From assembly GCA_964388085.1 (NCBI GenBank), contig CAYLZW010000003.1, forward strand, positions 1,279 through 65,278: a stretch of 64,000 nucleotides of DNA, in the 5' to 3' direction. Source of the DNA: an uncultured Myxococcales bacterium. GTDB lineage: Bacteria > Myxococcota > UBA727 > CAYLZW01. Of the stretch, positions 36,483 through 49,065 are shown piece after piece. Each line of letters opens with the position of its first letter. The stretch's first letter is position 1. A program made the position numbers and the translations under genes. The notes beneath the pieces were generated by a model. That model had not been told where the DNA came from. It did not search any database and saw only the letters and a list, made by a program, of their open reading frames with translations.

Positions 36483-36511
36483 GTTGTTGGCGTCGGGATG
36501 GGGGGCGTCAA
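36483..36511 (-). promoter_or_regulatory. Candidate internal sigma70 promoter for oleA
   Basis: TTGACG-17 nt-AACAAC-7 nt-GTG; good -35, poor -10. Confidence 0.35.
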
Positions 36512-36516
36512 CGGGG

Positions 36517-38037
36517 TCAGACGGCGGTGTCCAACGAGCCGGCCGGCACCGCCTCCGCGGGCGCGACCTCGTCCCGCACCTCGCCGCCCACCTCGAACGG
36601 TCCCATCAGCGCGGCACGCACGGCCTTCTCGTCGGGGGCGTGAGCGAGGACCGTCACGTGGTCCCAGCCGCGCAGGCGGGCATTGCCCTTCGGCAACACC
36701 ACCTCGGCGCCCCGGCTGATGAGCGCGATCAGCGCGCCCTCGGGCAGCCGGAGCTCGCGAATACGGGGGCCTTCCACGCCATCGGGGCCGGGCAGATCGA
36801 CGACGATGAGGTCGTAGTCGCTCGGCGCCATCGTGATGAGGTCGAGGTTGAACAGCGGCTTCGGACGCGCGGGCTCGGACAGGCGCAGCCACTTCGCGAC
36901 GGTGCCGAGCGTCGAGCCCTGGACGAGGATCGACAGGATGACCGCGAAGAACACGAGGTTGAACACCTCCTCGCCGATGGCGAGCCCCGCCGCGGCCGGG
37001 TAGGTCGCGAGGACGATGGGGACGGCGCCGCGCAGGCCTGCCCACGAGGCGAAGACCTTGTTCTTCGTGCCGAACTTCATGCCGATGGTGCCGACGAAGA
37101 CCGAGATCGGGCGGGCGATGACGGTGAGCACGAGGAACAGCAGCGTGCCCTCCCACCAGAGGTTGGCCCAGCGCGTCGGGAACACCAGCAGGCCCATCAT
37201 GACGAACATGCCGATGTTGGCGATGGTCGAGAGCGCGCTCGAGAAATTGACGAGGCCGCGCTTGTGCACGAAGGGGCGGTTGCCCATCACGAAGCCGGCG
37301 CTGAAGACCGCGAGCATGCCGCTGGCCTGGGCCGCTTCGGACAAGCCGTAGGTCAGCAGCACGACCCCGAGGAAGAGCACGTAGTAGTGGCCGCGGTCCT
37401 CGGGCTTGAGGCGGTTGAACAGCCACACCGCGGCGCGCGCGACGCCATAGCCGATGATCGGCCCGGCCGTGAACTTCCAGAAGAACGAGAGCACCATCCC
37501 GGGGCCGTGCGCCTCACCCGACGCGAAGGCGGTCACGGCGACGACGGTGAGCAGGATGGCCATGGGGTCGTTGGCGGCGCTCTCGATCTCGACGGTGGCC
37601 GAGATCTTGGTCGGCAGCGACTGCCGGCGCAGGAGCGAGAAGATCGCCGCCGCGTCCGTCGACGAGATGATCACCGAGAGCAAGACCGCGCGCTCGTACG
37701 ACCAGTCGAGGCCCCAGCGCAGGCAGACGAAGGTGATGCCCGCCGTCAGCATCACGCCCCAGGTCGCGAGCCCACCCGCCGGCAGCGCGACCGCGCGGAA
37801 GTCACTCCGCTTCGTGACGAAGCCGCCATGGAAGAGGATGAACACCAAGGCCATGTTCGCGGCCTGGTTCGTCAGCATCACGTCTTCGAACGCCCACAAG
37901 TTGAGGACGTCGCTACCGAAGACGATGCCGCCGCCCAGCGCGACCAGGATGACCGGCACGCTGAAGCGCTCGAGCCATACGGCAGCGAGGACGACCGCGA
38001 TGAGGAGCATCGGCGCGACGATATAGGCGACGTCCAA
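36517..38037 (-). CDS. cvrA: K+/H+ antiporter, CvrA/NhaP2 type, with C-terminal RCK_C domain
   Basis: ISSTDAAAIF, EIESAANDPMA, SGMLAVF, WAGLRGAVPIVLA; start TTG 38037 or ATG 38010. Confidence 0.9.
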   Translation of the reverse strand: MDVAYIVAPMLLIAVVLAAVWLERFSVPVILVALGGGIVFGSDVLNLWAFEDVMLTNQAANMALVFILFHGGFVTKRSDFRAVALPAGGLATWGVMLTAGITFVCLRWGLDWSYERAVLLSVIISSTDAAAIFSLLRRQSLPTKISATVEIESAANDPMAILLTVVAVTAFASGEAHGPGMVLSFFWKFTAGPIIGYGVARAAVWLFNRLKPEDRGHYYVLFLGVVLLTYGLSEAAQASGMLAVFSAGFVMGNRPFVHKRGLVNFSSALSTIANIGMFVMMGLLVFPTRWANLWWEGTLLFLVLTVIARPISVFVGTIGMKFGTKNKVFASWAGLRGAVPIVLATYPAAAGLAIGEEVFNLVFFAVILSILVQGSTLGTVAKWLRLSEPARPKPLFNLDLITMAPSDYDLIVVDLPGPDGVEGPRIRELRLPEGALIALISRGAEVVLPKGNARLRGWDHVTVLAHAPDEKAVRAALMGPFEVGGEVRDEVAPAEAVPAGSLDTAV

Positions 38038-38076
38038 GATGCATCTTTCCGTCGACAAGGGCAGAGGCCACTGAGG

Positions 38077-38106
38077 GTCATAGCAGGCGCTACGCGCCTC
38101 CCTCAA
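38077..38106 (-). promoter_or_regulatory. Candidate sigma70 promoter for cvrA-oleABCD-ltaS
   Basis: TTGAGG-18 nt-(TGc)TATGAC; 6-bp dyad aggcgc/gcgcct in the spacer. Confidence 0.45.
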
Positions 38107-38179
38107 GGACGAAGGACCGCGAAGGCCGCCGTGAGCCTGCAGCGTTGACCGCGCCCGGGTGGCGTTCCGTTCTAGCCAC

Positions 38180-38222
38180 AAAAGAGAAGCGCCGCCCGGT
38201 CCCCGAAGGATCCGAGCGGCGC
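38180..38222 (-). terminator. Rho-independent terminator closing the lipoprotein operon
   Basis: Minus strand GCGCCGCTCGGATCC-TTCG-GGGACCGGGCGGCGC followed by TTCTCTTTT; C(UUCG)G loop. Confidence 0.85.
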
Positions 38223-38247
38223 CGCTCAGCTCGAACGTCGTCCTGCG

Positions 38248-41200
38248 TTACGGCACCGCGACGGCGACGCTCAGCTCGTACGGGTGTCGCTCGTTTGTGA
38301 GGAGCGAGTCCGTGCTCTCGACTGACACGTAGTACGTCGTACCCGCGGTGGTCGTCGGCAGTGTCACCTCGAGGTGCGGGGCGAGGTCGCTCGCGAGAGC
38401 GATCTCCGCCCCCGTGCCGTCGAACACGCGCAAGTTGATGAAGTCGAGCGCGTAGGGCACGAGGCCGTCCACGATGAGCTTCTCACCGTTCGTGAGGTCG
38501 CTGCCGAGGGTGACCGCGTAGTAGTCCGCGTCGTCGTCGTAGAACAGCCCGAACACCTGCGCAGGCAGCGTCAGCGCGTTCGCCGCCGCGGTGTCGTCGT
38601 TGGGCTCGGTCTCGACCAGACCCACGTTGCCGAGGCGTTCCACCTCGATGAGGTAGTTCTCGGGATAGTCGTCGGCGGTCGAGCGGTCGGCGACGAACTC
38701 GATGAAGAACGGGCCTGGGTCCGCGCCCGGCGAAAAGTACACCTCGCCCGCGTACAGCTCGCTGCCCGCGATCATCTGGTCGGCGGCGTTCAGCACGCTC
38801 ACGATGTTGTCGCCGCGACCGGTCTTGTTGTACCAGCGCACCGCGATGACCTCGTCGGCCGTCGGGTCGCCGTCGAAGTTGATCTGGAACGTATCCGTGT
38901 CGGTGTCGAAGGCGCTGCCCCAGGCAGACACCGTCCCGCCGACGGCGACCGCCGGGAGCGGGCTCGCCTCAACCGAGGAGTCGTTCGGCTCCACGTCGAG
39001 GACGTCGTCCCAGGTGTCCACGACGACGCGATACAGATCCTGCGTCGTGGTGCTGTCGCCCTCCACCTCGATGAAGAGAGTGCCCGGCGCGGCCATGGGG
39101 ATGAAGACCGTCGGGTCCTCATGCCAGACGTCCGCCAGCACGTTCTCCGCAGCGTCGAGGACGCGCACGTAGAGGTTCGCGACCTCCGTCATGTTTTCGA
39201 CGCTCACGCGCAACGCCGTGCCCGCGGGAAGACCCTCGCTGAACGCCAACTGGTACACGTCCGGCTCTGTCTCCAGCGTTCGGCCGATGACCTGTACCGG
39301 CAGATCGGCCGTCGCGAAGCTGCCCAGATCCTGCGCCGCCGCCGGGGTGTCGTTGGGCTCCACGTCCATGGCAGGCAACGTCACGCGCTTGACCTGGAGC
39401 AGGTACTGCACCGACCCGCTGAGGCCTGTGCCTTCCACTTCGAGCACGAAGGGCCCGGGGCCGTCACTCGGGAACAGCATCCAGCGCGACAGCGGCGCCG
39501 AGTGCGCCTGATACAGCTCGTCGTCGTCGAGCGAGGTGCCGGGCAGGCGGAAGCGCAGGTAGTTGGCGTTGTCGTCGCTCAGGCTCTCGATCTCGACCTG
39601 CAACACCTCGTTGGCGGCCAAGGGGCCGGCGAGGGTAAGCGTGTAGAGATCGAACTCGTCGTTATCGACGTTAGCGAGCAGTCGCAGCGCCTGGCCGGCG
39701 ACCTCCGCGATCGGCTGCGTGGCGTCCATGGTGTCGTTTGGCTCCACCTCCGTGAGCGTCGGCACGGGCAGCACGCTGGCGTCCATGGTCCATTCGTGAA
39801 CCCAGGGGTTCGGGGTGCTGCCGGGGATGCCGGCGTCGAAGCGCGCGAGCACGAAGCCGGGCGTCGTGCGGTAGGAGCGCAGCGTCCCCGGATCGTCCTC
39901 GCCTTGGAAACGCCGCTCGGTGGCGAAGCCCTGCGGGGTCAACGCGTACACGTCGACATCTGGCTCGCCGAGGGCGTACGTGAAGTCGTACTGCACGATG
40001 GCGGGGCCGGTGACCTCGACGAGGAACCACTCCGCGTTCGGGCGCTGCCCGACCTCGATGACGTCTCCGGCGAAGCTGGCGCTCTGCTCCGTGGTGCCGT
40101 CCCATGGTCCTGCGACGTGGGGTGTGCTGCTGCGAATGGCGACGCTCGGCGTCTCGTCGCTCGTGGCGGTGTTCACCACGATCCACCGGTAGGTGCCGGT
40201 CTCCTGCGCGTAGAAGATCGACTCGAAGAACGGATCCTCACCGCTGTAAACCGTCTGGCCGCTCGGCGAGAGCAACGTGACGTTCGCCGAGATGCCGTAG
40301 AAGTCCGTCATCACCACCTGCCCGGCGGTGGCGTCGAACGAGAAGCTGATGCCGCCGAGGCCGAGCACCGACAGCGCCGGGAGCTGGACGAGCTCGTCGA
40401 TCGCGACGGTGCCGAAGTCCACGGTGCCGAGCTGCGAGGCGCTGAGCGTGAACGGCACGTCGATGCCGTTCGAGGTCTGCCAGTCCAGCACCACCACGAG
40501 GCCGTCGCTGACGCTGACGTAAGAGCTCGTCACCGCGGTCTCGATGCCGCCGTCCTCGTCGAAGGGGATCTCGGCGAGAAAGGTGCCGTCCGCGCGGAAC
40601 AGGAGCAGCGCGGGCGTCGTGTTCCCGGTCGTCGCGGTGGACTCGAGGATGACAGGCGCGTCCGCCGCGGTGCTGATGTTGTAGAAGTTGTCCGACAGGC
40701 CGAGCAGGTTGCCGGGCGGCGCCTCGGCGAGCGTGCCGTCCTCGGCTACCGCCACGGCCACGGGCGTCGGCCACTCGAGCTGCTCGATGATGGCCGCGTA
40801 GTCCGCGTCGTCGGCGCCGATGGGCTCGGAGGCGCCTTGCAACACGAGGCTCGGCAGCACCGTCAGATCGTATTCGCCGTCGTAGGGCAGCACGACCTCG
40901 CGGTCGGCGTTGACGGTGAAGCCGAGCTGCGGCTCGCGGTAGTAGTCGTTCGGGCCGGTCAGCGTGAAGGCGGGCTGGAACGCGCCCGTCGAGATGACGC
41001 GAATGCGCAGCATCTGGCCGGCGCTGCCGGTGAAGCGCCACACGTCGCGGTCCTGATCGATGACGGCGTCCGCGTCGAAGTCGACGGGCCGCCCGATCGT
41101 GCCGACGAGCACCACGCGCTCACCGGCCGCCTCGAGCGTGACGCCCTCGGGAGCGCCGCCGAACAGCGGATCATTGGTCTCGGCCGCGCTCTCCGTGAGG

Positions 41201-41775
41201 TCTGACTCCGCGACGATGAGGTCGAGCGCGGAGAGGCACACGCCCTCTACGTCGGTGAGGCCGGGGCCGCAGATCAGGTTCGGCACGCAGCTCGCCGTGG
41301 CGGGGTCGAAGGTGGTGCCGGCACCGCAGTTCTCGTCCGGCAGGCACTCGCCGCTGGCCGTGTCGAGGTGCGTCCCGTCGCCGCAGACCACGTCGGGCAA
41401 GCAGGCGCCGGTGCTCGGGTCGAAGGTCGTCCCATCACCGCAGACCACGTCCGGATCGCACTGTCCGGTGGCCTCGTTGAAGGTCGTCCCCTCGCCGCAG
41501 ACGGAGTCGGGTTCACACTCCTGTGACGTCGCGTTGTAGGTGGTACCCGGCCCGCATTCGACGTCGGGCTCGCACTGTCCGCTGTCCGGATTGCGAGACG
41601 CGCCCTCGGCGCAGGGAGCCTCGCCGACGGTAGAGACACATTTCCCGTCGACCTCCTCCGTGTTGGGTCCGCACGTGATCGTGCCCGGGCTCTCCGGGCC
41701 CGGGCAGCCCGTCACGATGAGCGCGGTCAGCCCGAGAACGCCCGGGACCCCGCGATAGAGCTTCTTGTTACGCAT
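38248..41775 (-). CDS. Large surface lipoprotein D: 8 Cys-rich repeats plus beta-sandwich/PPC-like domains with 4 ExEPND motifs
   Basis: AGGAG 9 nt before ATG 41775; lipobox VTGC; paralog of the upstream gene. Confidence 0.85.
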   Translation of the reverse strand: MRNKKLYRGVPGVLGLTALIVTGCPGPESPGTITCGPNTEEVDGKCVSTVGEAPCAEGASRNPDSGQCEPDVECGPGTTYNATSQECEPDSVCGEGTTFNEATGQCDPDVVCGDGTTFDPSTGACLPDVVCGDGTHLDTASGECLPDENCGAGTTFDPATASCVPNLICGPGLTDVEGVCLSALDLIVAESDLTESAAETNDPLFGGAPEGVTLEAAGERVVLVGTIGRPVDFDADAVIDQDRDVWRFTGSAGQMLRIRVISTGAFQPAFTLTGPNDYYREPQLGFTVNADREVVLPYDGEYDLTVLPSLVLQGASEPIGADDADYAAIIEQLEWPTPVAVAVAEDGTLAEAPPGNLLGLSDNFYNISTAADAPVILESTATTGNTTPALLLFRADGTFLAEIPFDEDGGIETAVTSSYVSVSDGLVVVLDWQTSNGIDVPFTLSASQLGTVDFGTVAIDELVQLPALSVLGLGGISFSFDATAGQVVMTDFYGISANVTLLSPSGQTVYSGEDPFFESIFYAQETGTYRWIVVNTATSDETPSVAIRSSTPHVAGPWDGTTEQSASFAGDVIEVGQRPNAEWFLVEVTGPAIVQYDFTYALGEPDVDVYALTPQGFATERRFQGEDDPGTLRSYRTTPGFVLARFDAGIPGSTPNPWVHEWTMDASVLPVPTLTEVEPNDTMDATQPIAEVAGQALRLLANVDNDEFDLYTLTLAGPLAANEVLQVEIESLSDDNANYLRFRLPGTSLDDDELYQAHSAPLSRWMLFPSDGPGPFVLEVEGTGLSGSVQYLLQVKRVTLPAMDVEPNDTPAAAQDLGSFATADLPVQVIGRTLETEPDVYQLAFSEGLPAGTALRVSVENMTEVANLYVRVLDAAENVLADVWHEDPTVFIPMAAPGTLFIEVEGDSTTTQDLYRVVVDTWDDVLDVEPNDSSVEASPLPAVAVGGTVSAWGSAFDTDTDTFQINFDGDPTADEVIAVRWYNKTGRGDNIVSVLNAADQMIAGSELYAGEVYFSPGADPGPFFIEFVADRSTADDYPENYLIEVERLGNVGLVETEPNDDTAAANALTLPAQVFGLFYDDDADYYAVTLGSDLTNGEKLIVDGLVPYALDFINLRVFDGTGAEIALASDLAPHLEVTLPTTTAGTTYYVSVESTDSLLTNERHPYELSVAVAVP
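41236..41673 (-). repeat. Eight coding repeats of about 19 aa (CGxGTxxxxxTGxC)
   Basis: Read from the translation, e.g. DVVCGDGTTFDPSTGACLP and DVVCGDGTHLDTASGECLP; 57-bp period. Confidence 0.85.
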
Positions 41776-41798
41776 GTGCATGTACTCCTGAATCACGT

Positions 41799-44700
41799 TC
41801 ACGGGGTGATGACGGAGGTGTCGACGGTGCGCACCTCCAGAATGTACGTGTAGCCGCGCAAGGGATCGCTGCTCGAGTCGGTGCCCTCCACGGTGACCGT
41901 GTAGTCGCCCGCGGCCAGGCCCGTCGCGCTTTGGATCGTCATCTCGTCGTCGTCGTCCGTCGCGGCGCTGGTGCCGGCGGAGCGCAGGTGCACGTCGAAG
42001 GTCGTGCTGTTCGTGAGGTTGTGGAAATAGATCTCCACCGCCTCCGTCGCGCCGAGGTCCGCGGCCAACGTGAAGCTGAAGGTGTCGATCTGGGTGTTGT
42101 TGATCGAGCCGTGCAGGCTCGCGGGCAGCGCGCCGAGCGGGGTCGCCGTCGCAGCGTCGCCGTTTGGCTCCACCTCCGCCCGCGGTCCCGGCTCGATGAT
42201 CACCTCGTACAGCATCAAGTCAGGGTCCGTGCCCACGACATGGACGGCGTAGAGCGTCGCGCCCGTCGGCCCACTGACGGTCTCGCCGGGATCGTCGTCG
42301 TCGCTCGCCAGGAGCACCAGGTTGGCCGCGTCGCTCGCGTCGTAGAGCTCCACCACGATGTCGTCGCTGTTGAAGTAGTTCTGGTAGTTGAGCCAGATGC
42401 CGGCGTCCGCGGGGAACGTGGCGTCGAGCGTGAAGGTGAACCAGTCATCGTCGCTGTTGTTGCCGTTGCCTTCCGCGTACAGGAAGTCGCCGTCCGCCAG
42501 GGCGCCCAGGTAGTGCGCGCTGGCGATGTCGTCGTTCGGCTCCTTCTCGGCGGGCGCTCCGACCTCTACGCGCACGTAGTAGGGCTCCATGGAGCTGGAC
42601 GTCGCGCTGACGTGGACGGCGAACGGACCGGCGGTGGTGGGCGAGCTCTTCAGCACCGCGAGGTTGTCCGAGAAGGCGCTGATCAGCACCGGGTTGTCTA
42701 CGTCGCTGACGTCGTACAGCTCGGTGCGCAACGACGTCGTGTCGGAGAGGTTGAGCGCGCGGATCAGCAGGCCCTCGTCGGCGTCGAGCGCCGCGGGCAG
42801 GCTGAAGCTGAACCAGTCGGAGTCGCCGGTGCGCGTGGCGCCGAACGCGTACAGATAGCCGCCGTCCGGGAGCTCGCCGAGCGCGTACGCCGTCGCGAGA
42901 TCCTCATTGGGCTCGAGCTCGACGGGCACGTCGCTGACCACCTCGACCGTAAGCCGGTACGGGTGCGCCAAGCTCTCCCCCTCGACGCGGAGGAAGTAAT
43001 CGCCGGCGGGCACCTGGCTGCTCAAGATCTGGGGATGAATATCGCTCACCGAGGCCAGCACGTTGCCGACCGTGTCCTCGAAGAACAGATCGACGTCGCG
43101 GCTGCTGCTGAAGTTGTCGAAGCGGATGTGCAGCGCCTCGTTGGCGGCCAGCGTCGGCACGGTGAACTTGAAGAAGTCGACGTCGTCGTCGACGAGCTGT
43201 CCATACCAGGTGGCCGGCAGCGCGTCGGCGGCGTCGGCCTCCGCGCTCGTGCCGTTGGGCTCGACCTCGGAGGGAGTGTCGACGACCTGGACGCGCAGCA
43301 TGTAGTTTTGGGCAATCTCGGCGAGGAAGTACTCCGAGATCTCGATGTAGAACGTGCTGCTGCTCTGTGTCGCCGCGCCGTTCAAGATCACCTTCTGATT
43401 GAAGTCACCGAAGTATCTCTCCGCGGAGCTGACCACCTGATCGAGCTCGTCGAAGATCGCCACACGGAAGCTGTCGCTGGTGAAGCTGGTCGCGGTCGTG
43501 TCGAGGTTCTCGACGTGGATCTCGATGCTCTGGCCGGGGGGCAGCGGGGCGTCCAAGGTGAGCTTGTAGCGGTCCACCTCCTCCTCCTTGAGGAAGCCGT
43601 ACCCCACGACCGGCAGCGCGCCGAGCTCGTTCGCCGTGCTGCTGACGTCGTTCGGCTCCACGTCGATGACCGCCGGGATCGGCATGGCGGTCGCCGTCAC
43701 GCTCCAGTCCACGACGGCGGTGCTGTCCGCCTCCAGCAGGACGATCAGCGGATCATTCGCCGCGGTCTCGGCGTGCACGGCTTGCTCGCGCGCGCGCCAG
43801 TAGAATCGGTCCACCTGGCCGGCGCGGTTGTAGACCGTGATCTCCGGATCACCCACCTCGACCTTGGTCTTCAGGGAGAGCAGCGCCTCGGCGGTGGTGC
43901 GGACCACCATCCACGCCGCGGTTGGGCCGACGGCGTCGATCGTCAGGAGATGGTCGCCGACGCTCCCCTGCTGCATGGTCGCCGGATCGAGCGTGCCGAG
44001 GTCGAGCGGGACGATGGGGTTGTAGACGAGCGACGCGTCCTCGTCCTCTCCCGTGTCGTCGTTGAACACGAAGAACGTGTACGAGGCGGGGGCGCCGTAG
44101 AAGAAGCCGCTATCCTCGTCGTACAGGATGCCGTAGGTGCCGCCGTCGGTCTGCATCTGGATGTCGGGTCTCGAGGTGTTGTCGACGTCCCAGGTGAGAA
44201 TCAACGGCGAGGGCAGAGTCACCGTGAACGCCGCCATGGCCTCGCCGAGGATCGGCGTCGTCGCGGTCTGACCCGGTACGCCGTCCGTCACCGTGCCGCC
44301 TTGTACGTGCGGCGCCTCGGCGACGCGCAGCGTGTACGCGTCATCGGACGCCGTCGAGGACTGCCAGTCGACGACGACGGTGGTGCCGGGGTCTTCCTTC
44401 ACCAGCGTGCCGACCCAGGCGCCCTCTTCGAGGTTCAGGTCCACGTAGGTGATGAGCGCGCCGCTCGCGTCGAACGCGAGGATGGCGGGCGGGTTCGCGG
44501 GGTTCGGCTCCGCGAAGATCAGGGACACCGCGTCGCCGACATCGGCGTCGAGCAGCAGGAAGTTGTCCGACAGATCACGCAGGTTGCCCGTGACCTCGAG
44601 CGGCACCGCCTGATCTGCGGCCGGCACGATGGTGGTGGGCGTCGGGTGCTCGAGCGCCTCGATGACGCCGACGTAGCCGGAGCTCGTGCTGCCGAGCGGC

Positions 44701-45724
44701 AGCGCGGTGCTGACGAACGCGGTCGGCACCACGGTGATCTCGTACACGCCATCGAAGGGCAGCACGACCTCACGGCTGGTGTCGTTCGTGGAGAGCAGCG
44801 GGCTCACACGGCGGTAGCCGTTCGGTCCCTCCACGATGAAGGCAGGCTGCGGCAGGCCGGTGCCGAGCACGCTGATCTTGAGGTATTGGCCGGCGCTGCC
44901 CGTCACGCTCCAGACGTCGCGGTCCTGGGTGAGCGTGCCGTTGCCGCCGAAGTCGTTCGGGCGGTCGATGTTGCCGACGAAGACCGTCTGCTCTCCCACG
45001 GGCTCGAGCGTGAGCGGCTCGGGCACACCGCCAAACAGCGGGTCGTTCTGGTCCGGAATCGACTCCGTGGCGTCGGCCTCGAGGCCTACGGCCACGTTCG
45101 GATCGACGCACTGTCCGCCGGCGACGATCTGGCCGGGGCCGCACGCGGTGTTCGACTCGCACAGCCCGGTGTCGAGGTTCAGCACCGAGCCGGGAGCGCA
45201 GGTGCCCACGGCGACGCACTCGCCGTCCTCGAGCACCGTACCGACGCCGCAGGCCGCCTCGGGGAGGCACTCGCCCGACGTCTCGTCGAGGACCGTGCCG
45301 GGGCCGCAGCTCGCGACGGGGATGCACTCGCCGGAGGCGAGATCGAGCTCGGTGCCGGGGCCACACTCGGCGATGGAGACGCACTCGCCCGTGGCGGGAT
45401 CGGCCACGGTGCCGTCGCCGCAGCGCACGGTGGGCTCACACTTGCCGGTGGTGTCGTCGAAGATCGTGCCTTCGCCGCAACTGTCGATGGCGTCGACGAC
45501 GGCGACGCAGGTGCCGTTTCGGTCTTCGGTGCCTTCACCGCACTCGAGGTCCGTCGGCGTCTGGCCGGGGCCGCAGCCGACCGACAGGAGCGCGGGCAGC
45601 AGGAACGAGCCGAGGAGGGTTCGCCGCGTCGCGCGGGCAGAAGGGGGGGAGCCAAGGGTCAAAATCCGGTTGAGCAGCACGCGTCGCCTCCGCAATCCGC
45701 TGGGAAATCGAGCATCGTCATGAG

Positions 45725-45728
<4 letters not shown>
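41799..45728 (-). CDS. Large surface lipoprotein C: 8 Cys-rich repeats plus PPC-like domains with 5 ExEPN motifs
   Basis: Lipobox LSVGC preceded by TRRTLL; ATGA overlap with the upstream gene; shares the NDPLFGG...QDRDVW...REVVLP block with D. Confidence 0.85.
45108..45542 (-). repeat. Eight coding Cys-rich repeats (CGxGTxxxxxTGxC)
   Basis: Read from the translation, e.g. VASCGPGTVLDETSGECLP. Confidence 0.85.
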
Positions 45729-48967
<3,239 letters not shown>

Positions 48968-49010
48968 GGAGCACCTGTTCTGTCAGCGACGCGGTCTCGT
49001 GAGGGACGGT

Positions 49011-49040
49011 CTCGTCGCCGACACGCTGGTCAGCGACGAG
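49011..49040 (-). other. Intercistronic 12-bp stem-loop
   Basis: Minus strand ctcgtcgctgac-cagcgt-gtcggcgacgag (one G-U pair). Confidence 0.55.
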
Positions 49041-49065
49041 AGCGGATGTTCGTGCGGTTCGGCGG

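Noticed and set aside
38085-38099. Dyad in the cvrA promoter spacer as a MerR-type operator
   Set aside because: Only 6-bp all-but-one-GC arms, an 18-bp rather than 19-bp spacer, and no merR gene nearby.
41236-45542. Periodic 57-bp repeats as a possible CRISPR array
   Set aside because: They are degenerate at the DNA level, in frame, conserved as protein, and there are no cas genes.
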